A DNA stretch of 32,000 bases, from contig NC_005072.1 of NCBI RefSeq assembly GCF_000011465.1, forward strand, positions 150,001-182,000. Reading direction: 5' to 3'. The translations under genes and the position numbers were made by a program. Below the pieces are notes generated by a model. It worked only from the letters and a program-made list of their open reading frames with translations. It searched no databases and was not told the DNA's origin. This stretch comes from Prochlorococcus marinus subsp. pastoris str. CCMP1986 (GTDB lineage Bacteria > Cyanobacteriota > Cyanobacteriia > PCC-6307 > Cyanobiaceae). This document shows positions 19,755 through 28,178 of this stretch, piece by piece. Numbering within the stretch: the first letter of the stretch is position 1; each line of letters opens with the position of its first letter.

Positions 19755-20668
19755 TTATAAATCAAGTAATTTATTATAAATCCTGCTATTAATCCAATTC
19801 CATTTAGCGTTTGGAATTTGATAGCAATAAATTTACAATTTTTTATTGCTTCAGGTTTGTTATATGAATATTTCAACAAATTTATAAGCTTTAATGATTG
19901 AGGAAAACTTATGAGAAAAAGAACACAAAGTATCGGAATAAATCCATTAATTATTAAAAAAAGTTGGAAAACATAAATTATAAAAACTATCCAAGGAATA
20001 ATTTTAGCTCCTTTTTTCGCTCCTAAAAGAACTAAAGGTGAATTTTTACCATGTTCTTTATCTTCTTTTATCTGATGAAAATGAGAGCAAAATAGTACTA
20101 GTGTGGTTGCCAATGAGGATCCTGAACCAAGTAATAATGATTCTTTCCAAGGAATAGAAATCATGTATATATCTGATGGATTTAATGCAATTAAAGCAGC
20201 GGCGTAAGCAAAGGGGCCAAAAGCTAACCAACATAATGGTTCTCCTAAACCCTGGTATCCCAAACGAAAAGGCGGTCCTTGATATAAATATCCTAAGAAG
20301 CAGCAAGCGCCGACTAATAGCATTACATTTATGCTCGTCGAAATTGAAATAATGGCAATTACTACTAATCCAATTAATAGAGATGTATAAGCGGTAATTG
20401 AAACTATTGTTTTACTTCGCACAAGATTTACAATGGAATGAAATTTAAATTCATCAATTCCTGTTTCTGAATCAAATAAATCATTAGTTAGATTTTCCCA
20501 AATTAGTATTAATATTGCAGCGATTGTGAATGCAATTAAATTATATATTTTGACATTTTTGAAAGAGTTGAGGGTATAAGCTCCTGAAATAAACACTGGT
20601 AAAATTGCTACTGAATAAAGAGGCCATTTTATTGCTTGTTTCCATAAACTTTTATTTCTTTCATTCAT
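19751..20668 (-). CDS. menA: 1,4-dihydroxy-2-naphthoate phytyltransferase (UbiA family)
   Basis: Polytopic membrane protein carrying the UbiA-type NDxxDxxxD motif (NDLFDSETGID), in men-cluster context. Confidence 0.9.
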   Translation of the reverse strand: MNERNKSLWKQAIKWPLYSVAILPVFISGAYTLNSFKNVKIYNLIAFTIAAILILIWENLTNDLFDSETGIDEFKFHSIVNLVRSKTIVSITAYTSLLIGLVVIAIISISTSINVMLLVGACCFLGYLYQGPPFRLGYQGLGEPLCWLAFGPFAYAAALIALNPSDIYMISIPWKESLLLGSGSSLATTLVLFCSHFHQIKEDKEHGKNSPLVLLGAKKGAKIIPWIVFIIYVFQLFLIINGFIPILCVLFLISFPQSLKLINLLKYSYNKPEAIKNCKFIAIKFQTLNGIGLIAGFIINYLIYK

Positions 20669-20686
20669 TATTAATGCAGTTAAGAA

Positions 20687-20711
20687 AAACTATAATTATT
20701 AAATATAGTTT
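20687..20711. promoter_or_regulatory. Inverted repeat (aaactata-N9-tatagttt) in the divergent menA/menF spacer; possible shared operator or promoter element
   Basis: 8-bp arms at 20687-20694 and 20704-20711 are exact reverse complements. The spacer also carries the 8-mer ttaatgca twice (20671-20678 and 20736-20743). Confidence 0.2.
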
Positions 20712-20766
20712 ATAAATTGAGTTACATTTTTTACTTTAATGCATGATTTTTAGTTATTTTCAATAA

Positions 20767-22167
20767 GTGATGAAAAATAATTTAAACTTTTCAGATTTTT
20801 TAAAAGGCGTTTTTTCCAATTTCGATAAGAAAGGGGTAAATTCAGGATTAGTAAGTATTTGTATTGAGATACCTTGTGTTAATTTATTTGATGTATATGA
20901 ATTTTTCATTGATAAATATTCTTTTTCTTCTTTTTGGGAAGAGGATAATAAAATGTCTTATATAGCTCTTGAGAAATGTAAATATCTAACTTTAGAAGGG
21001 CCTAAAAAATTTAAAGTAGCCAAAGAATTTAGCGATGAGAACTTTAATAATCTAATAAATTTGACTGATGAATCGAATAACTCTGCGCTTTCAAAAATAA
21101 TTTATTTTTTTTCTTTTTCAGAGAATCTAAAGAAAAAATATTGCTTGTTTGACGTTCCTGGTTTAGAGGCCATTTTACCTAAAATATTGATTATTAAAAA
21201 CAAAAAGAATTGTTGGTTAAGAATTAATGCACATGTAGAGGGTAAATCTTCTTTGAGGACTTTAATTGAAGAACTATGGTCAATAAGGGATCAGATCTTA
21301 AATTCAAAAAATCAAAAAAGTAAAAATATTTTTAATTATCCTTCGATCAATTATTTTTTGAATTCTTTAGAATTATCAAATAATAATCTGAATCAATTAA
21401 TAAAAAAGGGAATTAAATTAGTAGAAAAAGGTAGCCTTGACAAGATAGTTTTAGCTTCAAGAGTCAAAATAGAATTTAAAAATAAATTAAATCTAATAAA
21501 TATTTTAAAAAAATTAAAAACTAATCAACCAAATACTTGCAGATATGTTTGGAGGAGAAATAGTAAAGATATTATATTCGGAGCATCGCCTGAAAGATTA
21601 TTTTCTTTAAGGAAGCCTGATCTGGTTTTAGAAGCTATTGCTGGAACAGTATCAAGTGATTTAAATCCGGATTCTCTTATGGAAAGCTCTAAGGATATAA
21701 AAGAGCATAATTATGTACTTGAGTATTTAATTAAATCTTTGGAAGTTTTAAAGATTAATAACCATACAAAAAGTTCTTTAAAGGTAACTTCTTTTGGAGA
21801 TATTTCTCATTTACAAACTTTGGTATATTCCAAGATTAATAACATATGCCCTTTTGATTTGCTTAGAGTTTTACATCCATCTCCAGCAGTCTGTGGATCT
21901 CCTAAAAAGGAGGCAATTAATTGGATAAACACACTTGAATCATTTTCTAGAGGAAATTATGCTTCGCCAATAGGGTGGGTAGATTCTGAAGGGAATTCAG
22001 AATTCAGAGTAGCTATAAGAGGAGCACGTTATATTGATCAAAATCTAGAATTTACGGCTGGTTCAGGGTTAGTAAAAGGTTCTATCTCTAAAAAAGAAAT
22101 TGAGGAGATTCAACTTAAATTTCAATCTTTAGTGAAGCAAATATTTCTTGCCAAAACCACTAAATAA
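20767..22167 (+). CDS. menF: Isochorismate synthase
   Basis: Chorismate-binding domain motifs [35 protein letters not shown] and AGSGLV. GTG at 20767 is followed immediately by ATG at 20770, so the start is ambiguous by one codon. Confidence 0.9.
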   Translation: MMKNNLNFSDFLKGVFSNFDKKGVNSGLVSICIEIPCVNLFDVYEFFIDKYSFSSFWEEDNKMSYIALEKCKYLTLEGPKKFKVAKEFSDENFNNLINLTDESNNSALSKIIYFFSFSENLKKKYCLFDVPGLEAILPKILIIKNKKNCWLRINAHVEGKSSLRTLIEELWSIRDQILNSKNQKSKNIFNYPSINYFLNSLELSNNNLNQLIKKGIKLVEKGSLDKIVLASRVKIEFKNKLNLINILKKLKTNQPNTCRYVWRRNSKDIIFGASPERLFSLRKPDLVLEAIAGTVSSDLNPDSLMESSKDIKEHNYVLEYLIKSLEVLKINNHTKSSLKVTSFGDISHLQTLVYSKINNICPFDLLRVLHPSPAVCGSPKKEAINWINTLESFSRGNYASPIGWVDSEGNSEFRVAIRGARYIDQNLEFTAGSGLVKGSISKKEIEEIQLKFQSLVKQIFLAKTTK

Positions 22168-23083
22168 TTTCTAATAATTTTTCAATTACTTTATCCGAAA
22201 CACTTTTGTTAGATAAAGTTTCTATCTCTCTTAATCCTGTTGGGCTTGTTACATTAATTTCACTAAGCATTTCATTTATTACATCTATACCAACAAAGAA
22301 TAAACCTTCATCTTTGAAATGTTGAGATAACTCAGTACAAATCTTTTTTTCTTTAGCTGTAAGGTTTGTTTTTTCTGCTTTACCTCCCATAGCTAAATTA
22401 CTCCTAAAGTCTCCTCCTTGAGGAATTCTATTTATTGATCCAATTGGCTCACCGTTAACAATAATTATTCTTTTATCCCCTTCTTTTACTTCGGGAATGA
22501 ATTTTTGCATCATTACTGGTAATTGTTCTTGCGATGTTATTAATTCAATCATTGCTTTAATACCTGGAGAATCCTTAGTTAGACGAATAACGCCTTGTCC
22601 TCCTTTTCCGCCAAGTGGTTTAACAACAACATCATGATTAATTTGTGCAAAATTAATAAGATCTTTTACTTTACTTGCAACTATTGTTGGAGCCATCAAA
22701 TGGCTGTACCTCAATGCCCCTAATTTTTCGTTCCAAGCACGTAATGAGGAAGGCTTATTTATAACTTTTACTCCTTTTCTTTCAGCCACTTCCAAAAGAT
22801 GAGTTGCATATAAATATCCCTCATTTACTGGGGGATCTTTTCTCATCCAAATACAATTAAATTCAGCAAGAGGGATACATTTATTTTCTTTAAAAGAAAC
22901 CCATGGACAAACTTCAGCTCTCCAAGAAGATGCCCATACTTCATCTCCTCTTGCCTCTAGATCTTGAGGAGTACAAATCCATACTTCTATCTTTTTCTTG
23001 GAAGAAGCTTGCATTAATGCTGCAGATGAATCTTTTAATGGATTTATATTTTTTATTGGGTCAACTACAAATAGAAATTTCAT
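22160..23083 (-). CDS. gshB: Glutathione synthetase (ATP-grasp)
   Basis: N-terminal [26 protein letters not shown], then [28 protein letters not shown] and INVTSPTG. Confidence 0.95.
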   Translation of the reverse strand: MKFLFVVDPIKNINPLKDSSAALMQASSKKKIEVWICTPQDLEARGDEVWASSWRAEVCPWVSFKENKCIPLAEFNCIWMRKDPPVNEGYLYATHLLEVAERKGVKVINKPSSLRAWNEKLGALRYSHLMAPTIVASKVKDLINFAQINHDVVVKPLGGKGGQGVIRLTKDSPGIKAMIELITSQEQLPVMMQKFIPEVKEGDKRIIIVNGEPIGSINRIPQGGDFRSNLAMGGKAEKTNLTAKEKKICTELSQHFKDEGLFFVGIDVINEMLSEINVTSPTGLREIETLSNKSVSDKVIEKLLEII

Positions 23084-23088
23084 ATTAT

Positions 23089-23343
23089 CTAATTCAGTAA
23101 TAAGTCCAGTTTGTCTTCTTTTTCTAATTCATAAAGTTCGTCACAACCACCAATACTTTTGTCATCAATGAAAATTTGAGGAACTGTTCTTTTACCATTA
23201 GCTCTCTCCATCATGAGTTCCCTTGCATTATCATCGCCATCTATTTTATGTTCAGTAAAAGTTATATTTTTTTTTTCAAGTAAAGATTTCGCTCGTATGC
23301 AGAATGGGCAAAATCGCCAAGTATAAATTTCAACTTTAGACAT
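23089..23343 (-). CDS. grxC: Glutaredoxin
   Basis: 84 aa with CPFC active site, TVPQIFI and GGCDEL motifs. It lies 5 nt upstream of gshB. Confidence 0.95.
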   Translation of the reverse strand: MSKVEIYTWRFCPFCIRAKSLLEKKNITFTEHKIDGDDNARELMMERANGKRTVPQIFIDDKSIGGCDELYELEKEDKLDLLLN

Positions 23344-23419
23344 TTTTTTAAAATATTATTTACTTTATACTATTAAATAAAAGTGCTTGTTAGATTATAA
23401 ATAACAATTAAATTCTATT

Positions 23420-24542
23420 TTGATAGATATAACAGAATTTAAAAAAGATCTTTCAGAGTTAACCAAGCGCCTGGGTAATGCTCAGGATTGTCTTTGACGT
23501 TCCCAATTTAGTAGCTAAGAAAAAAGAGTTAGAGCAAATTGCTGCTCAACCAGAATTCTGGGGTAATCAGGCAGATGCAAAAAAACATATGCTCAACCTT
23601 GATGATGTTAGAGATCAACTTCAATTGTTAGATAAATGGAAAATGTTCATTTCTGATGCTGAAGCTTCTCTTGAGCTTTATTCCTTAGAGCCTGAAGAAG
23701 AAATGATTGTTGAGTCACATCAAGGGTTAGTCACTTTAAGAGAGAATTTAGATAAGTGGGAATTCCAAAGATTATTATGTGGTGAATATGATAAAGAAGC
23801 TGCTATCGTCTCTATTAATGCTGGTGCAGGTGGCACTGATGCACAAGATTGGGTGGAAATTCTATTAAGAATGTATTCAAGATGGGTAGATAATAATGGA
23901 ATGAGCTTAGAAATTACTGATTTATCTGATGGAGAAGAAGCAGGTATTAAAAGCGTTACTTTTGAAGTTAATGGTAAATATGCTTATGGTTATCTTCAAA
24001 ATGAAAAAGGTACTCATAGATTAGTAAGAATCTCACCGTTTAATGCAAATGGTAAAAGACAAACTAGTTTCGCTGGAGTTGAGGTCATGCCTAAATTAGA
24101 TCAAAGTATTTCATTAGATATTCCTGATAAAGATTTAGAAATTACAACTAGTAGATCAGGTGGAGCTGGTGGACAAAACGTTAATAAAGTAGAAACAGCA
24201 GTAAGGATTGTACATTTGCCTTCAGGAATCGCTGTAAGATGTACTCAAGAGAGATCTCAGTTACAAAATAAGGAGAAAGCAATGTTATTGCTTAAAGCTA
24301 AATTATTAGTAATAGCTAAAGAACAAAGAGCTTCTGAAATATCGGATATTAAAGGTGATATTGTTGAAGCTGCATGGGGTAATCAAATACGAAATTATGT
24401 TTTTCATCCCTATCAAATGGTCAAAGATTTAAGAACAATGAAAGAGACTAATGATTTAGATGCAGTTCTTAATGGTGGATTAGATCAATTTATTCATGAA
24501 TTATTACGTATGAATATTTCTTCTAAAGAGTCTATTAAATAA
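23420..24542 (+). CDS. prfB: Peptide chain release factor 2, expressed via +1 programmed ribosomal frameshift: join(23420..23494, 23496..24542)
   Basis: The downstream frame carries the RF2 SPF (RISPFNA) and GGQ ([10 protein letters not shown]) motifs. The upstream frame reads [27 protein letters not shown], then TGA as codon 26, inside CTT TGA C. Skipping T23495 joins the two frames to give ...[27 protein letters not shown]. The ORF-track start at 23478 is an in-frame artefact. Confidence 0.93.
23484..23498 (+). promoter_or_regulatory. prfB autoregulatory +1 frameshift site (internal SD-like AGGA, 4-nt spacer, CTT TGA C)
   Basis: AGGATTGTCTTTGAC has the same architecture as the E. coli prfB recoding site (SD-like element, short spacer, slippery CUU, UGA followed by C). 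The stop is at codon 26, as in E. coli. Confidence 0.85.
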
Positions 24543-24546
24543 ATTT

Positions 24547-24729
24547 ATGGCAAATAAAAACGAAAATTTAGAAAAAAAAGTTTCTCCTCCTAGCTTTATA
24601 AAACTAGCTATGAGAAACATGGTTAGGAAGGGTTCTAAAAGTATTTCTCATTTTTCAATTACTTTTTTAATTCTGATCGGACTTTTAATTTTAATAGCTA
24701 CTTTAGGAAAGCCTAATATGCCAGTTTAA
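24547..24729 (+). CDS. Small hypothetical membrane protein (60 aa, one C-terminal TM helix)
   Basis: ATG ORF packed 4 nt after prfB and 7 nt before ybeY. It has a basic N-terminal half followed by a hydrophobic helix ([18 protein letters not shown]). No family is recognised with certainty. Confidence 0.55.
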   Translation: MANKNENLEKKVSPPSFIKLAMRNMVRKGSKSISHFSITFLILIGLLILIATLGKPNMPV

Positions 24730-24736
24730 TAAAAGT

Positions 24737-25279
24737 ATGTATCAAAAAGATTTATATGACTTACAAATAGATTTAGTCTTTAAATGTAATGATTTTTCTA
24801 ATTTATCAAATCATTTTATAAATAAGTCAGATAATATTATTTTCGAATCTGGTTTTTGGGAAGAAGTATTATTGTGTTGGATTAAAATAATTCTAGATGA
24901 AAAAGATACTTCTTTTCCAAATTTTATTTTATACAAAAAAAGTTTTTCGTTAAGTTTGCAGATTATTAATGATAATGAAATTTCTTCTATTAATCAAAAG
25001 TGGATGAATAAATCTGGGTCAACTGATGTTTTATCTTTCCCAATTATTTCTGATGAAGATACTACTAAAGATTTAAATTTTATTGAATTAGGAGATTTAT
25101 TTATATCCTTAGAAACTGCTTTTAAACAATCCTTAGAATTTAATCATTCTATTAAAAAAGAAATGCTCTGGTTAGCAAGTCATGGATTATTACATCTTTT
25201 GGGATGGGAACATAATGATGATTATGAATTAGATAATATGTTAAATTTTCAAGAATATTTAATTTCAAAATTAGATTGA
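24737..25279 (+). CDS. ybeY: Endoribonuclease YbeY (rRNA maturation factor)
   Basis: Zn-binding HxxxHxxxxxH motif ([11 protein letters not shown]) near the C-terminus, and the conserved ybeY-dgkA adjacency. Confidence 0.9.
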   Translation: MYQKDLYDLQIDLVFKCNDFSNLSNHFINKSDNIIFESGFWEEVLLCWIKIILDEKDTSFPNFILYKKSFSLSLQIINDNEISSINQKWMNKSGSTDVLSFPIISDEDTTKDLNFIELGDLFISLETAFKQSLEFNHSIKKEMLWLASHGLLHLLGWEHNDDYELDNMLNFQEYLISKLD

Positions 25280-25301
25280 AAGATTTATTAATTAACTATA
25301 A

Positions 25302-25718
25302 ATGAAGAGGAAAGCAAAACTTTTAAAAAGTAGAAGAAGGTCATATAGGACATCTAAAAATGTTTTAATAAGTTTTAGATACGCTTTTAATGGGATTAAA
25401 TATACATTTAAAAATTCAAGAAATTTTAAAATTCAAGTTCTTTTTGCTTTTTTTAGTTTAATCATAGGTTCTATTCTTCAACTTGATAAAAGCGATTATT
25501 TGATTATGCTGGGGACTATTTTTTCTGTATTGACTTTAGAAATAATAAATACATCAATCGAATCTTTAGTTGATCTAGTGATTAAAAAAAAGTTTAGTAA
25601 TCTTGCTAAAATCGCAAAGGACTGTTCAGCAGGTGCTGTATTATTAGCTTCAATTAATTCTGTTATTATTGGTCTATGCTTATTTATTCCTAAAATGAAG
25701 TTATTATTTTTAAATTGA
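25302..25718 (+). CDS. dgkA: Diacylglycerol kinase family membrane protein (DgkA-type)
   Basis: 138 aa with three TM segments, the LEIINTSIESLVD motif and a later KDCSAGAVL segment, typical of prokaryotic DAGK. Confidence 0.85.
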   Translation: MKRKAKLLKSRRRSYRTSKNVLISFRYAFNGIKYTFKNSRNFKIQVLFAFFSLIIGSILQLDKSDYLIMLGTIFSVLTLEIINTSIESLVDLVIKKKFSNLAKIAKDCSAGAVLLASINSVIIGLCLFIPKMKLLFLN

Positions 25719-25725
25719 AAAAGAT

Positions 25726-26322
25726 ATGTTTCTAGTTATTGATAATTATGATAGTTTTACTTATAACCTTGTTCAATACTTGGGAGAACTTTCAGTAGAA
25801 CATAATATAACAAAAGAATTATTAGTAAAAAGAAATGATGAAATTACTTTAGAAGAAATAAGACATATTAATCCTGATGGTATTTTATTGTCTCCTGGTC
25901 CAGGGAATCCAGATCAGTCAGGTATTTGTCTGGCTATTCTCCAAAACTTATCAAAGGAAATTCCAATATTAGGAGTCTGTTTAGGTCATCAAGCCTTGGC
26001 TCAAGCCTATGGCGGCAAAGTAATAGTGGGTAAAGAATTAATGCATGGCAAGACCTCAAAAATTATTCACAATAAAAAAGGATTATTCAAAGATATTGAT
26101 AGCCCATTTGTGGCTACTAGATATCATAGTCTTATAGTAGATTCAGAATCTCTCCCCTCTTGTTTTGAAATAACTGCAACTTTAGAGGATTCAACGATTA
26201 TGGCAATTTCGCATAAAGAATATAAAAAGTTACATGGTGTTCAGTTTCATCCAGAAAGTGTTCTAACCCAATTTGGACATAAATTAATCAGTAATTTTCT
26301 AAATATGGCTGAACAGAAGTAA
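25726..26322 (+). CDS. trpG: Glutamine amidotransferase component II of anthranilate / aminodeoxychorismate synthase
   Basis: Class I GATase triad context (GVCLGHQ, HGVQFHPES) and N-terminal IDNYDSFTYNLVQYL. Confidence 0.9.
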   Translation: MFLVIDNYDSFTYNLVQYLGELSVEHNITKELLVKRNDEITLEEIRHINPDGILLSPGPGNPDQSGICLAILQNLSKEIPILGVCLGHQALAQAYGGKVIVGKELMHGKTSKIIHNKKGLFKDIDSPFVATRYHSLIVDSESLPSCFEITATLEDSTIMAISHKEYKKLHGVQFHPESVLTQFGHKLISNFLNMAEQK

Positions 26323-26343
26323 AATATAATTATAAAATTTTCT

Positions 26344-27072
26344 ATGAGTATTATCAAAATTAAAAAATTTTTCCTTTTTATATTATTTTTATTTTTAATA
26401 CCCTCATCCGCTATGGCAGGTGATTTGTTATTAAAAAGTTTAGGTCATGGTAGTTTTTTAATTAAAGGAAGAGAAAAATCAGTTCTTATAAATCCTTTTA
26501 AGGCTATTGGTTGTGCGAGTGATTTAAATGAGCCAAAAGACATCAATGCTGATTTTATTTTAGCTAGTTCAAAACTAGCTGATGAAGGATATAATCCAAA
26601 TGATCAATTGATGTTTGTAGAACCTGGAGTTTATAAATTCGAAGATATATTATTAAATGGAATTGAGGTTCCTCATGACAGAGTTGGGGGAAGAAGGTTC
26701 GGTATGGCTACGGTCTGGAGTTGGGAGCAGAATAATTTAAAAATAGTCCACATGGGTGGAGCTGCTGGTGAAATGGATATAAATAGTCAAATTATTTTGT
26801 CCCGTCCAGATATTTTGTTTATTTCAATAGGAGGAGGATTAAAATCTTATAACGGAAGCGAGGCCTCAGATATAGTAAAAACATTAAAACCCTCAATTGT
26901 TGTTCCTGTTCATTTTAGGAGAGGTAAAAATATTAGTGATAATTGTGATTTTTCTAATGCTGACTTTTTTCTTGAAAATATGCAAGATTTTAGAATCAAA
27001 TATCTTGGTAAAAGCTTTGAAATAAATTCAAAAAGAATTGATAAAAATACTATTTATATTTTCAAAGATTAA
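26344..27072 (+). CDS. Secreted or lumenal metallo-beta-lactamase-fold protein with an apparently degenerate metal-binding motif
   Basis: Signal peptide ending AMA-GD. LGHGSFLI, INPF, VHMGG, DILFISIGGG and VVPVHF resemble the MBL-fold (Lactamase_B_3-like) pattern. Where HxHxDH is expected the sequence reads ILASSKLADEGY. Confidence 0.65.
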   Translation: MSIIKIKKFFLFILFLFLIPSSAMAGDLLLKSLGHGSFLIKGREKSVLINPFKAIGCASDLNEPKDINADFILASSKLADEGYNPNDQLMFVEPGVYKFEDILLNGIEVPHDRVGGRRFGMATVWSWEQNNLKIVHMGGAAGEMDINSQIILSRPDILFISIGGGLKSYNGSEASDIVKTLKPSIVVPVHFRRGKNISDNCDFSNADFFLENMQDFRIKYLGKSFEINSKRIDKNTIYIFKD

Positions 27073-28178
27073 TTATTAAGATCTAATTTTTTATAAGTAC
27101 TCCAGAAAAGACTCATTTGTTCTTGAGTTCCTATACTAACCCTTATAGAATTCTCAATATCTTTTTTGTTTTTCATCTCTCTTATTAAGATACCCTTTTC
27201 TCTCATTTGCCTTGTCAAAATTTCGGGATTTTTTTTTGGCCAAATTAAAAAATAATTTCCTCCACCAAAATGTTTCCTAATTGCTATGGATTCAAATTTC
27301 TTTTCAATTAATACTCTCGCTTTTTTTACTTCAGAAACATAATCATCTATATAAGATTTATCATTTAGAGCAGCTAGTGCAGCAGTAACAGCAAAACTAT
27401 TCACATCGTAAGGCCCTGTCACTTTATTGATATATTGCATTATGCTTTTATGTCCGAAAGCAAAGCCAATTCTTAAACCAGCTAAACCAGCAGTTTTTGA
27501 AAGGGATTGAATAACAACTATATTTTTAATTTTTTTAAAGTCTATTACTGGAAGAAGACTATCTCCATTAAATTTCTCATAAAGTTCATCAACGACAATT
27601 AATGAATTTTTATTCAAATTTGCTAATTTAATTATTTCTTGAGCACTTACAACAGTACCAGTAGGATTATTTGGATTACAAATAAATATTAATTTAGGTT
27701 TATATTTAATAATTTTTTCTTTAAATCGCTTTATTGGGAATAGAAAGTTTTCTCCTTCGTAGGCACAAGTTATTTTTCTCATACCTTGTATTTCAGAACA
27801 AGGAGAATAATAACCAAAAGTCGGATTAGTGGTCAGAAAAATTTCATCCCTGTCGCCAAAAGAATTAAATATCGCATTTATTGCAGCATCAGCTCCATTA
27901 AACAAACCTATCTCTTCAGAGTCAAATTGCCTTGATTCATAATAGTGATTCGATACAAATTTTTTTAATAAGTTATATTCTGGATAGATTGAAATTTGAT
28001 TTAAATTAATATCTTTGATAGCTTCATATACTCTTTGACTGGGACCTAAAGTATTTTCGTTAAAATCTAAACGCAATAAATTTCTTCTGTTTTCTAAAGG
28101 TGCAGAATAAGATTGCATATTTATTATTTCCTTTCTTGGGAGAGGTGAAAGATTATTTATTTGATCAAATTCATTCAT
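27069..28178 (-). CDS. hisC: Histidinol-phosphate aminotransferase (class II aminotransferase)
   Basis: LDFNENTLGPS N-terminal motif, ICNPNNPTG and PLP-lysine context SLSKTAGLAGLRIGF. A related class I/II aminotransferase function cannot be excluded. The start overlaps the argS stop (TAATG). Confidence 0.78.
   Translation of the reverse strand: MNEFDQINNLSPLPRKEIINMQSYSAPLENRRNLLRLDFNENTLGPSQRVYEAIKDINLNQISIYPEYNLLKKFVSNHYYESRQFDSEEIGLFNGADAAINAIFNSFGDRDEIFLTTNPTFGYYSPCSEIQGMRKITCAYEGENFLFPIKRFKEKIIKYKPKLIFICNPNNPTGTVVSAQEIIKLANLNKNSLIVVDELYEKFNGDSLLPVIDFKKIKNIVVIQSLSKTAGLAGLRIGFAFGHKSIMQYINKVTGPYDVNSFAVTAALAALNDKSYIDDYVSEVKKARVLIEKKFESIAIRKHFGGGNYFLIWPKKNPEILTRQMREKGILIREMKNKKDIENSIRVSIGTQEQMSLFWSTYKKLDLNN

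Noticed and set aside
20674-20715. A 13-codon ORF (MQLRKTIIIKYSL) in the menA/menF spacer.
   Set aside because: It is too short, has no ribosome-binding context, and overlaps the inverted repeat. Its existence is most simply explained by chance.
20721-20734. An NtcA-like site (GTT-N8-TAC) upstream of menF.
   Set aside because: It deviates from the GTA-N8-TAC consensus and has no properly spaced -10 box downstream. GT-N10-AC occurs frequently by chance in AT-rich spacers.
23478-24542. The ORF-track call of RF2 starting at ATG 23478.
   Set aside because: It is superseded by the frameshifted model, join(23420..23494, 23496..24542). The ATG at 23478 lies upstream of the recoding site and in the wrong frame relative to the true N-terminal leader.
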